Part shown: in pieces, positions 31,797 through 42,800 of the stretch
Layout of the letters: every line of letters starts with the position of its first letter
How positions within the stretch are numbered: position 1 is the stretch's first letter
Source: Paraspadella gotoi
Taxonomy: Eukaryota; Animalia; Chaetognatha
Direction: 5' to 3'
DNA length: 64,000 nt
Assembly: GCA_051294375.1 (NCBI GenBank)
Contig: CM119264.1
Coordinates: 31,252,135-31,316,134 of the forward strand
The notes under the pieces: model-generated
Databases searched by the model: none
What the model was told of the DNA's origin: nothing
What the model saw: only the letters and a program-made list of their open reading frames with translations
Made by a program: the position numbers and the translations under genes

Positions 31797-34700
31797 TCTG
31801 TCCTCACCCTACATATCCATATTTTCCAGACAGCAATGGGTTTCACTGGATTCAGTGAAGGTTTCACTGTGATTTTCCACGCGTTTAACTCTTCGATGAA
31901 AGCGTATATCATCACCTGAATAGAGTGAGCATATCACCTGAATATATTAGATCACTTGAGAATAATTTTGATCACCAAGATAAATTTAGATTAGTGTAAA
32001 TCACCACTATACAAGTGGCTTAAAAACCCCGTTTTTTCTACCCAAAGCTTAATCTGAACCTTAAATCCTAATAATTAAATGAATGGATAATTTTTATATT
32101 GGTTGTCCAAATTTCATAAAATTCAGCTCCTTGTATTTTTATGCTGGTCAGAGTACAATATAGTTTATGATATAAAGGTGCCCCAGTATGTATAAATACG
32201 ATGCTACATGTTAGTCTTATCCCTATGGGTAAAAAAAATCATATATAACTTTGGTCCCCCCTCAAAAAAATATTCATTCACACCCCTTTCTGTTCAGCCT
32301 CTTAGATCTTATGATTTTTCATTAATGACTTTCTAACAGAAATGATGAGTGATATCTATTAGAAAACTCGGACAGAGTGTAATCTATTTCCAGAAGACAA
32401 CACTGACCTCCCCCTCCCAAAATGAGTTAATATATATAAAGATAAGTAAAATTTTTTTTAAAAAGCAATATATATATAAATAATATAGATTAAATAGTAA
32501 AACCTTGATAAAAGATAGTGAAACAAGTAATTTTGCAAATTTTCATAGTATTCCCCGATCTAATAATTAAGGGAGTGGTCTTTAAGGGAGTGGTCTTTGA
32601 GGGAGTGGTCTTTAAGGGAGTGGTCTTTGAATACAATTAAAACATTCTTTGAAATATTATACCACTTCATTGATAGGGAAGCCAGGTATTCTGGGAATAG
32701 CTTAGTTATTAAATGAATGGAAAATTTTTTATATTGGTTAAACCAATTTCAACACCTCAGTCTTGAATTACTATTACTAGCATTATAGGTATACCTAGCA
32801 ATTCAAAAGATGGAATCAAATGGAATCGAATGGAATCGCATGGAACCACTTGGAACCGGATCAAAGACTCGGGAAGAAATCACCGAAATGGAATCAAGCA
32901 TGCTGATTGGACTAGACTCAGATGGAACCGGCCAATAGGCATGAATAACCTCAGTCTTAAATCCGATTGTGGTCGAATCCACAGCTCGAAAATCCCAAGT
33001 GAAAATAAGATGAGAGAAAGCGGAAGGTCGATCGTCGTGATTCGGAAGAGAAACGTGTTTCTGCGATGCTGTTTCGTTTTTGTTTCGTTTTCGTTTCGTT
33101 TTCGTTTCGTTTTCGTTTCGTTTTTGTTTTTTTTTTTGTTGAAAAAACAGTTGGGGAAAGGAGAGAGAGAAATATAGTAGTTTATAATAACAATCGGTCA
33201 CTTGTTGCAATTAGCACAAATTTAAAATAATTAACTGCGTTTCACAAAAGAGTCATACACCAAAGATTCTATTACAATTACAATCACCAATCACAAATGA
33301 CCAATCATCACCCATCTTGGCCTGTGTGATTGCAATGAAGACAATCACAAATCACTAATTATCACCCATTGTGGCCTGTGAGATGGCAATGAAGACAATC
33401 ACTAATGACCAATCATCACCCATTGTGGCCTGTGAGATAGCAATGAAGACGAAAGAAATTGCAGTGACGGCTGAACAGACATAACGTCTTGCAAGCATGT
33501 GCGACCAGGTCCCAGCTTCCGTCTCCAGATGTTGAATGAGGATCGGATTGATTCTACGAGTTATCTGTCCGTACCAGCTGTTGTCAACGAAAAAATATTA
33601 TCTCTGATTGAAGGAAAAAAATTATCTGTAGAAAAAGTAAAGACAATTATTAAACATGGAAAAACATCTGTGACTAAACCATCTGAAAAAGTGGATGAGT
33701 AAATGAAAAACATCTGTGACTAAACCTGAAAAAGTGGATGAGTAAATGAAAAACATCTGTGACTGAAAAAGAGGATGACCTTCATTTATCGATGATGATA
33801 ATTCACCTAGGAGTCTACGTCGTTCTTAGAAATCGAGGAAGACTTTTTCAATGGAGATTTTCGTTAAAATCTGACTACCAAATAATGTCAACGCCCCTGG
33901 GAAAAATTCAGGTAAAAAATAGATGTAAAAACACTCGATTCCGATCCTGTTGCATCTGAAGGGCTCGCATTTTTTTTCTCTTGACAAATAACCATCATTT
34001 TGACATAAAACCATCAGATTCAAATGGACTGGTCCGCTCGGAAAAATTTTTTTGACGCAATTTTTATATATAAAATAAATGGATTTCTCAACTTCAATAC
34101 AATGTCAACGCATTTAACATATGTTGTGATTTTACAATAAACTTCAAATTCAGGAATCCGATAGCCATATGTCTGAAGAGCTCTCAAAATTTTTCTTTAC
34201 ATTTTATTTGGTTATTTTGATATGATACGATCATGGGAAAGTGAATTAGTCCATTTTGGTGGAATTTTTATTTAAAGTAAAAGTAAAAGACGAGCTAACA
34301 ATCAGAGTTCTAAGAGTTTTCAACCGGGAGTCAGTTTCGGGAAAAATCTTCTATGACTATGGAGAAAATCTTCCAAAGAAGGGGTCAATTTTCCAAATAT
34401 TTTGGTTAATATTTTCTATATTTATGGTAGGATTTTTTTGAAACTTAATATTAACAATATTGCCATCATTCTACCTTGGCCGGTATAAGAATATATTAAA
34501 AAAACCTCTGGCTTTGTTCGTCAGAGCTTAGTCCTAATTCACCCGTAAAATAGCGGAGTTCCGAAGAAAAGTTTTCCAGTCAAGAGTTGATAGAAATAGT
34601 CGTAGAGCGATAAATCTGAAAAATTTAGATAAAATAAAGGTTGTATGAATCAGGATAAAAACTTTAAATACATTTTTGACAAATTTTAACCTTTATTCGG

Positions 34701-34860
34701 ACCCGAGTAGAATTCCGCTTTGCACCAATGTTTCTTTATTTCATTACTGACAACAAAATGGACAAGAAAAATTTGGAGAAAAAACTGAACAAAAAAAAAT
34801 ATGACGATATAACACAAAAGGAAGAGGCGTTCAAATTCGTTATTATAAATAGAAATTAAA
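22043..34860 (-). CDS. Transmembrane channel-like (TMC) family protein, spliced; 5' end and last two exons uncertain
   Basis: Exons 34860-34691, 34615-34543 (YQLLTGKLFFGTPLFYG), 33577-33420 (WYGQ...), 33068-32950 (AFSHLIFTWDF), 31915-31808, 31497-31258, 29692-29486 (LFPKFLGILSIIER...LRLAVFRL), 28986-28840 (GCWENVLSGFFWRIMVWD), 26108-25974 (FHVGFNSLDICFTCLISWIGFLTSP), 25494-25292 (PHSSYCGPF), 24191-24093, 23571-23427, 23295-23236, 22526-22350, 22108-22043. The ordered motifs LLTG..LFYG.Y, FS..F.WDF, CWE, WIG...SP and CGPF are TMC hallmarks, and the phases are compatible. Confidence 0.85.
22872..23171. repeat. (CCGA)n microsatellite within a HINE-like element on the minus strand (~22720-23195)
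   Basis: The flanks gttatgag..tttttaacgtaagtgg and ccggaaaagtg match family A flanks at 56380-56480. Confidence 0.8.
23660..23920. repeat. Unclassified interspersed repeat, family C (also ~4900-4960, 6570-6605, 32075-32120, 32630-32750, 36955-36990, 43760-43830, 44481-44730 inverted, 61290-61330)
   Basis: Recurring blocks agctatcttg..tgactttggacaggct, aaatgaatggat..atattggttgta and ttgatagggaagccaggta. Confidence 0.7.
24482..24736. repeat. ~128-bp perfect tandem duplication in a TMC intron
   Basis: aaaattctagctggcatgtgtttc...aatttattattcttaaaaaa occurs twice. Confidence 0.9.
25744..25952. repeat. ~77-bp tandem repeat, 3 copies
   Basis: ggagagaatctgaatgactgacagattaattgattggttcaattgattgattaa occurs three times. 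Confidence 0.9.
26467..27697. mobile_element. hAT-superfamily non-autonomous element (MITE), ~1.23 kb
   Basis: TIRs are tagtgttccgataaccgttaa and ttaacggttatcggaactcta (1 mismatch in 21). There is a perfect 8-bp TSD, attgtcag, at 26459-26466 and 27698-27705, and subterminal (ttaacgg/ccgttaa) repeats. Confidence 0.9.
27775..28843. repeat. 24-bp minisatellite (~44 copies) whose unit contains the TMC exon donor CAAG|gttttt
   Basis: Unit aaaaaccttgtccttccctccctt; the array abuts the exon end at 28840. Confidence 0.95.
30131..30231. repeat. (AAT)n microsatellite
   Basis: Direct reading. Confidence 0.95.
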
Positions 34861-34975
34861 CTTATATTAAAAAGGGCATCTTTATTATTGTATTTCCAAT
34901 ATTTAAAAAACAATGGACAAACAATTTTTCGGTCAGCTCATAATGAAAATATTAAAAAATAAAATAACTGTATAG

Positions 34976-35034
34976 CGTCCCTGGATAAGCTCGAACCACC
35001 AAGCTTTCGTTTAACAGTCGAACGCCACAGAGAC
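34976..35034 (-). pseudogene. tRNA-Asn pseudogene with the D-arm deleted
   Basis: The minus strand gtctctgtggcgttcgactgttaaacgaaagcttggtggttcgagcttatccagggacg matches eukaryotic tRNA-Asn(GTT) as recalled, with ~15 nt of D-arm missing and T-stem/acceptor mismatches. Confidence 0.8.
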
Positions 35035-35706
35035 GACTACTAGTTAATTTCGATGTGATCTCTCAATTATTTCACAGTAAGTCAACTGTAAGTCACTGGC
35101 CCCTTCTAATTGTCGTTTACAATCTCCTGCCAATGTGAAATATCGTCAAAAACAACTAATATTTAGTAAAATTTAAAAGAGGAGTTAAACAATTTTATTT
35201 GGCAAAGGAATGAAATTTCAAAATTGTCTTAACTGAAAATGTTCGATTTCTAATCTCGTCATTTCATGTCCAGATGCTTTTTGGATGAACCAAGTGTAAT
35301 TATCATGACTGAAAAGAAAAACTCATCTTTATTGACATCCTCTTCCTATTTGGCTCTCTTTTCCAAAACAGCCCCTTTTCTCTTCCTTAATCACTTAAAT
35401 TATTATTAATGCTAATTAATCCATTATCGGTTTTCTTTTACAAAAGTGCCCTATTTCTTTTCGTTTTTCCCCAAAATTTAATATTCAACCCAAAAAACTT
35501 ATATTATAATCCCTAATCCTAATTATAAACCCTGCCCTAATCTTTAACCCCAACCTTAAGCTATTATTCTTAATTTCTAACCGAATTTTTAATCTTAATC
35601 CTTTGTCCAAAACTCAAATTCTGAAGGCTATTTACAAACCAAATCTCTAATTTTTAATTTAATTTGTATCAAAATCTTTTTTTCGTTGCATTTGAGATTA
35701 GTAAGT

Positions 35707-35893
35707 GATAACAAATTTTTGTATTCAACGACACTTTTTATTTAACTTACATGTTTCGACTTTTGACAAAATGCAAGTCATCTTTACAACTGCCAAGCGC
35801 TGAAGAAAACTTGCATTATGTCGAAACATGTCGAAACATGTCAAAACATGTACATTAAATAAAAACTGTCATTGAATACAACATTTTTTTATC
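35707..35893. mobile_element. Imperfect ~190-bp palindrome of two head-to-head Penelope-type pLTR remnants with degenerate minimal hammerhead motifs
   Basis: Plus strand: gcgCTGAAGAaaacttgcattatgtcGAAAcatgTC...aataaa. Minus strand: gtaaagatgactt...aagtcGAAAcatgTA...aataaa. The arms are mutually complementary. Confidence 0.55.
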
Positions 35894-36021
35894 TCTTAAT
35901 TTAATTTTTAATTAAAAAAATTAAACTAATTCCAAATTTATGATTAAATGGGGTGTTTTGGGAAAATAAGGCCCTGTTTACGAACCAATAATCCTAATAC
36001 ATTAATAAAAAAAAAATTAAC

Positions 36022-37648
36022 CTCTTTTTGATATCGCGTAAGATCCTTCCCTGTTGTATCACAGTGGGCATAGCTATGGCCGCATACCACGTGATCCACA
36101 TTATGAGTTGAAAGAAAAAAACGATCCGAAGGAAATGAAAAAAGTCGGAAAAAGAGAGACCAGCGTAAGACTCGACCCAGTTGATCCCCTACAGTGGGGT
36201 TGGGTTGAAACGAATTAATTAGTCCGAAAACCGTAGCGGGGATCAAGAGGGAAAGATAATCAACACCTTTGATTCTACAGTAGGGAAAGATTATAACGAA
36301 TCAAGCAAAATTAAGACGAATTTTTTTTGGCTCACTTTTGAAAAAACAAAAAGTGAGACAAGAAAGGCAATGAATTAAAATGGATTATTTTCCGCTACAA
36401 CTCTCTCAGCATGTTGCAGCATGTTGCAGCAAAACTGACAATCCCAGCCTACAGGAATACAACGGATGACCACAAATACAACTACCAACCACGATCAAAC
36501 CACAAAGGCCCACAGAGTTGCCACCGCCCTCGCCTTTTTAAACGGATCCACGGTGTTGACGAAATTCACGGTCCGACGACGAAATCGACGCAAAATTTCT
36601 TGTCTTTTATGTTTCTGCATTTTATTGGCTGATTCAAAGTCGACGGGCTCGTTGTCTCGAGTCAAGGTCAGGTTCCAGTAGAGACGCTTTTCCTGCGATG
36701 GTTTTGGGGGGGAGAGAGAGACAGAGTGGAAGAAAAGAGGGAGAGAGAGAGAGAGAGCGAGCAACGGCAGGGATTCTGTGCTTGGCCACATAACAAGGTC
36801 GCCTAAGGCCGTACTCATACTTCCCGTAGGGCAGATATCTTAAGGGGATCGATCTCAAAACGTATTGATCATTAGCCGATGGATTTACACAACGAGCCAC
36901 AATTGAAAACATGGTTAACTTGGTACAACAAATATAAAATTATTCGTTCATTTAATAAATAAGCTATCTTTACCCTTGATTTTGGACTGTGTAATCTTAT
37001 TTCCCATCCCCCATCCCATCCGATCACATCCTCTATTCCATCTCCTATCCCATCTCCTATCCCATCTCCTATGCCATCCCCTATCCCATTCCCTCTCCCA
37101 TCCCCATTCCTATCCACTATCCCATCTCCTATTCCATCCCCTATATCATCTCCTATCCCATCCCTTATCTCATCTTCTATCCCATCCCCTTTCCCATCTC
37201 CTATCCCATCCCCTATATCATCTCCTATCCCTATCCCATCCCATAACCGATCACATCCCCTATTCCATCTCCTATCCCATCCCCTATCCCATTCCTCTCC
37301 AATCCCCTTTCCATCCCCTATCCCATTCCCCCTCCCATCCCCTTTCCCATTCCCTCTCCCATCCCCTTTCCCATCCCTATCCCATCTCCTATCCCATCTC
37401 TTCTGCCATCCCTATCCCATCTCTTATCCCCATCCCCTATCCCCAATCCCATCTTCCCCCCCCCAACAAACCTGAACGGAATGGCCGAACTCCTGATCTG
37501 ATCTTGACAATCGCAAGCGATCTTGATCGGCGTTGCCTTGACAACCGATTTGCGTCCGACAGACGAAACCTCCGACGTCGCCGAAGCGGATTTTCGCTTC
37601 AAGACGCTTTTTTGGATGAAATCCTCCATTTCTTCTTCGTCCGCGTTT
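36022..37648 (-). CDS. Probable upstream (cytoplasmic N-terminal) exons of the TMC gene, or a separate small gene
   Basis: Exon-like GC-richer segments lie at ~37648-37472 (pyrimidine tract + CAG acceptor, CAG|gtttgt donor), 36692-~36500 (EKRLYWNLTLTRDNEPVDFESANKMQKHKRQEILRRFRRR) and ~36200-36022. No recognisable family motif; frames and linkage are unresolved. Confidence 0.4.
37004..37465. repeat. 12-bp degenerate minisatellite (cccatcccctat)n
   Basis: Direct reading. Confidence 0.9.
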
Positions 37649-37650
37649 CT

Positions 37651-38245
37651 GAGGGAGGGAGGGAGGGAGGGAAAGGGAGGAGGGGAGGGAGAGGGAGGGA
37701 GGGAGAGGGAGAGGGAGGGAAGAGGAAAGGGAGAGGGAGGAGGAGAGGGAGAGGGAGAGGGAGGGAAAGAGGAAAGGGGGAGAGAGAGGGAGAGGGAGGG
37801 AGGAGAGGAGGGAGGAAGGAGGGAGGGGGGAGAGAGAGAGGGAGAGGGAGGAGTGGAGGGAGAGAGGAGAGGAGGAGGGAGAGGGAGGAGGAGAGGAAGA
37901 GGGAAGGAGAGGAGAGGGGGAGGAGGGAGTGAAGAGAGGAGGAGAAGGAGGAGGGAGGAGAGGGGAGGGGAGGAGGGAGGAGAGGAAGAGGGAGGGAGAA
38001 GGAGAGGAAGAGAGAGAGGGAGGAGGATAGGGAGAGGGAGAGGAGGAGGGGAAGGAGGGAGGAGAGGGGGAAGGGAGGGAGAGGGGAGAGAAAGGGAAGG
38101 AAGGAGGAGAGGGAAGGAGGGAGGAGAGTGAGAGAGGAGGAGGGAGGGAGAGGTCGAGAAAGAGAGAAGAGGGAGGGAGGATAGAGGGGAGGGAGGGAGA
38201 GATTGAGGGAGAGAGGAGAGGGAGAAGAGGGGGAGGAAGAGGGAG
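37651..38245. repeat. Polypurine (GGA/GA) low-complexity tract
   Basis: Direct reading. Confidence 0.9.
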
Positions 38246-39839
38246 TGTGAAGAGAAATTTCTCTTTTTCTCTAGTCCTTTTTATGGCCACTTCTTTCTCT
38301 CTCATCTCCGTCCATTATAGATGCAGGTATTTGATTTTTGGCATTTTTTGAGGCCGGCTTTTTTTTTTTGAGGCCGGTTTTTTTGTTTGGTTTTTTTTTA
38401 GGCCGGTTTTTCACTCGTTTATCAACTCTTTTTGGACTTACGTGTTTCGTCTGAAAACCTTTATTTTACGGGTTACGAGTTTTACGGGTTATAAATAATA
38501 AAGTTGATAAAATTCTTTTTATTCAAGAAGCCTATGTTAAACTGTTACAGCGGGGGATGATTGGAATATATTCTCCACTACCGAGACAGTAAACAATCTC
38601 ACAATCTCTCTCCCTCTCTGTATGTAGAGTGGATAAGGCGCTAAGTGGGCTGAAGTCTACTATCCGAAACTTCTGTGCCCCCTCAGCAGCCATAGATCGG
38701 GTCCTAGGCTTGGAACCAGGCTTGGGAGTTTTCCATGCTCCCAAGGCTGTTTACGGCCGTCCTTACGGGACACGGGACACGGGACTGGGACACAACTGAA
38801 GGTGTCATGCTTATAGGCGAGGTGAACTTATGAAATGCCCGAAATGCCCCACTCAAGATTGTAACCCACCCTGCACTGCTTCCAGTGGAGGGAAGGGAGC
38901 AATCTTCAGCAAGTCCATGGGCCTGGAATCAGAAGGTTGGAATAAGCTCGAAAGGATGGGCTCAACAGGTCATAACTGAAGGTGTCATGCTTATAGGCGG
39001 GGTGAACTTAGGCAATGCCAGACTATATTATATATATATCTGTGGCTAGGTCTCAGGGAACGATTTTGATGAATATCACGTGACCGTTGACGTTGACGCT
39101 GAGACGTTGTGAATCTAAGATAACAGAATCCAAGATGGCGTTGATCGCAGGGAAATCACATCGTCAGTAAAATCGGATTTAAATTGATCGAGTTTTAATT
39201 GTAGATGAATTTACTTTGGATTTTGTTTATAGTTTTTCTCTTGCTAAAAAAATGTAGTTAATTTATATTGTGAGAAAAAGATAAAAAGACGGTTTAGAAT
39301 ATAATGTTTGTTAATATATTCGAATGAGAGCAAGAACCAGTCTGAATTAATTCAAAGTAGAATCAGTTAAAGTTAACACTCTTCAAACAAATGCACAGAT
39401 AGATGAGACATCTCTTGGTGAACGATTTCATTAGTTTGAAAACAAAAGATCGAATCTGATTTAAAGGATTTTAAGGTTGAGCATCCATGGCTTGCTCGAG
39501 GTGGCCGCATATCTCTCTCTCTATATATATATATCTCTCTCTCTCCAATCTAATTTATTAAGTTTCTTTATTGTAAGAGAAAGTGAAGAAAAAAATTAAC
39601 ACGAGACACAGCAACATTTAATAATGTTAAAATTATTAATATAGCAAATATTATAACGATATAAAAAAGCATTAACAATCGTACAATATAATTCAAGATT
39701 AGGAAAGAATAAATAAAAAAAAATTAACATAAAAAATGAACATAACTTGAACAAAAAGTATTAATATTAAAAATTCTATTTTTTGTTTTTTTTTTGTTCA
39801 AGGTCATTAGTTATTTTCCCGTTTCAATTAAAAAAAAAA

Positions 39840-42800
39840 TCATTCATTCATTTCAACATCATCCGGGTTTGCCTCGACTTTAACGTGTCCACCAGTTACA
39901 TACGGGATTTTCTCGTCATTTACCGATCCGTACTTTGCCTCCGAGTACTTTCCTTTCTCAATGACATCCGGGTCCTGAACGAGTTTCCTAATCACATCCG
40001 GATTTTCTTCTTGGACATCCGGATGTTTGATCACGTGATGAACGACGAAGCAGCAAAGCGAGTGACTTAAACAATTGATCACGGTTCGGATGCGAATTCT
40101 GGGTCAAATTAATAATAATAATAATTAAACTTATTGAAATTAAATGAATCATGCCGCGTTGAATTTCTGGTCACGTGATCGCTTTTTTGATCGATCGCGT
40201 CACAGCATGAGTATGATACCTACATATTACATAAGCAAATTAAAGGTCTTATGGTACCATACCTTCTTACCGGACTTTTAAAACGTAAAAGGGACGGACC
40301 GACCGACAGACAGACAGACAGACAGACCGCTACATAAGACAGGACTTACAAAAACCAATCCATTGAGAAAAGAAGTCCGATCGCTTCTTGCGGCTTTAAC
40401 TTCAAAGTTGAACAAACGAGGATGAGAAGCAACATTGATGGAGTACTGCTGGTGGAAAGGACCGTCGTCAGCAGCCTGGAGAAGGAAGGGTCAAAGGAAG
40501 GGTCGTTAAAAGGGTCAGGAAGGGTCATTAGAAGGGAAAAGGGGTCAATAGAGAGAAGGCTTAAAGGGATCAGCATTGATGGAGTACTGCTGGTGGAAAG
40601 GACCGTTGTCAGCAGCCTGGAGAAGGAAGGGTCAATGGAACGGTCGTTAAAATGGTCAGGAAGGGTCATTAGAAGGGAAGAAGGGTAATTAGATGTGGGA
40701 AAGGGACAATGAAAAAAATAATAATTTGCCAATGGAAAGGTCAAAAGAAATAAGATGGGTCATTATGTTTAAATGATTTGGAAGGGTCAGTGGTCCAACA
40801 AAGAATCTTAAAAAGTATGGGAACCCGACAAAAACTGACCACCTGACCACCAACGAACTTACCAAGCGACGGCGAAGCGAGAAGCCGACAAATGGAAGCC
40901 GACAAATTGAGCTACAAAGACGTAAGCTGCTCCGTTGAAAATGTTGCTCGCATCGCGATTCATTATTGCGCAAAGAGGCAGAGCGAATCGAGTGATTTTA
41001 GGCGAGATAGAGAGAGAGTCTTCGTTGGCGCGGAAGAGAGCGGGAAGAGTGAGAACGCTGTGTGAGTGTGTGGAGGGGGGGAAGATTAATTCAATCGATT
41101 CACAAATCACTCACTCGATCTATGGAAATCCCTCCTCCTAATGAACGTCAAAGGTAAACATCATCACATGTCATCGTTTAAGTCACGTCAATTTCATCTC
41201 TACCAATCAATATCCAAGCAAATCACATCCCCACCAATCAATATCAAAGCCAATCACCTCTCCACCAATCAATATCCAAGCCAATACCTCTCCACCAATT
41301 AGTATTCTTGCTACTCACACCTCTACCAATCAATATCCCTGCCAATCACCTCTCCACCAATTAATATTCTAGCTACTCACAACTCTACCAATCAATATCC
41401 AAGCCAATCACATCTCCACCAATCAATATCCAAGCTAATCACCTCTCCACCAATCAATATCCAATAACCCAACTTCTCCACCAATCAAACCCGTTCTGAG
41501 TGGCGAAGGCGGTGACGGCGACTCGAATTTGTGATTTGAAGAATCGAATCGGATTTTGTTTAGAGATGACGAAGACGAGAGTAGGGATGAAGACGACGAC
41601 GTAGAGGGAGAAGGCGAGGAAGACGACGAGGAAGAAGAAGAAGAGAGAAGAGAAGGCGGAGGAGAGTCGAGGGACACCGACGATGCCTGAAAGGGGAAGG
41701 GGGTAGAAAAAACATTTCGTTTGGGCGATGTGACAATCTTTACTGTACTATCTTTTCTGTACAATTCTATAATTATTAATTAGAAGAAAAAAAAACGGGG
41801 AAATGAATCAGAAAAAAAAGGTAAAAATGAGTAAAATATATTTTGACTCAGTTTTAAATAGTAATTTTTTTTCACAGCAAAATTTAAATATAAATTTAAA
41901 AAAAAAAATAATATTTTGAAATTTTATCAGTTTATAAGAATATTACTCGAATTAAAATGTCATTTTATTTTTTTAATAGCCTTAAATTTTTTTCATTTTT
42001 ATTCATACAAATTCAGCCGAAAAAATGTTAAATTATTCCAATTTTTCATCGTTCCATCCTAGTAAAAGGGAACGACCGACCGATCGACAGACTGACCGGC
42101 GATGATGAGCGAGCAGAATCCAACTGGCGCCGTCCACATGACGCCGTCCAGCGCCGCGAATGTCATAGCGGCGCCGGCGGCGACGAAAGACTTGATAGGA
42201 CGCGCCTTTGCCTCGTCGATGGAAGTTAGAGCGAAACCGAGAATGAGTGAGAAAGTAACGAGGCCTTGGGGGGGGGGGGGTCGGGAGAGATTTAAATAAA
42301 ATTTAAACGGTTAATTATTAAAAATTAAAAAGAGAGAAAATCCAGATACTCACCTAAATAGTTGGCGCCATCCTCGTGTTTGTTGTTCATTGAAATTCCA
42401 CCCGAATACTGGAAAAGTATGAGGTACTGGAATACTGAAATACAGGAAATACTGGAAAATACTGGAAATACTAAAATACTGGAAAAGTATGAGGTGATAC
42501 GAATTTATAATGCATGTCGCTAACATTTTACTCTTTTTAACAAAAGTCTACTCTTTTCTAAAACATTTCGTGTCTAGCAAAGTTAGATTTTTGGCCATAT
42601 TTTCCGAGAACGCACCATTTCATTTTTAGTCGGATCTGCTTATCAGCAGATCCCGACTCTATAATTCACTTTGTCGGTCCGTCGGTCCGCCCCCTCAATA
42701 TTGTCGGGCACACACTTATATCATGTCAGAACATCGAATTATGATAAATTATGCAAAAAAAAAAAATGATGTCCGTCCATCCGTCTGTCCGTCCGTCCGT

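Noticed and set aside
33420-33498. Signal-peptide-like MLARRYVCSAVTAISFVFIAISQA as the start of a separate secreted protein
   Set aside because: It is the 3' part of an internal TMC exon (33577-33420) encoding a transmembrane helix.
41435-41764. Ser-rich ORF suggesting an inserted low-complexity domain in SLC1
   Set aside because: This is the wrong frame; the alternative frame encodes TM6 and HP1 of the transporter and fits both splice phases.
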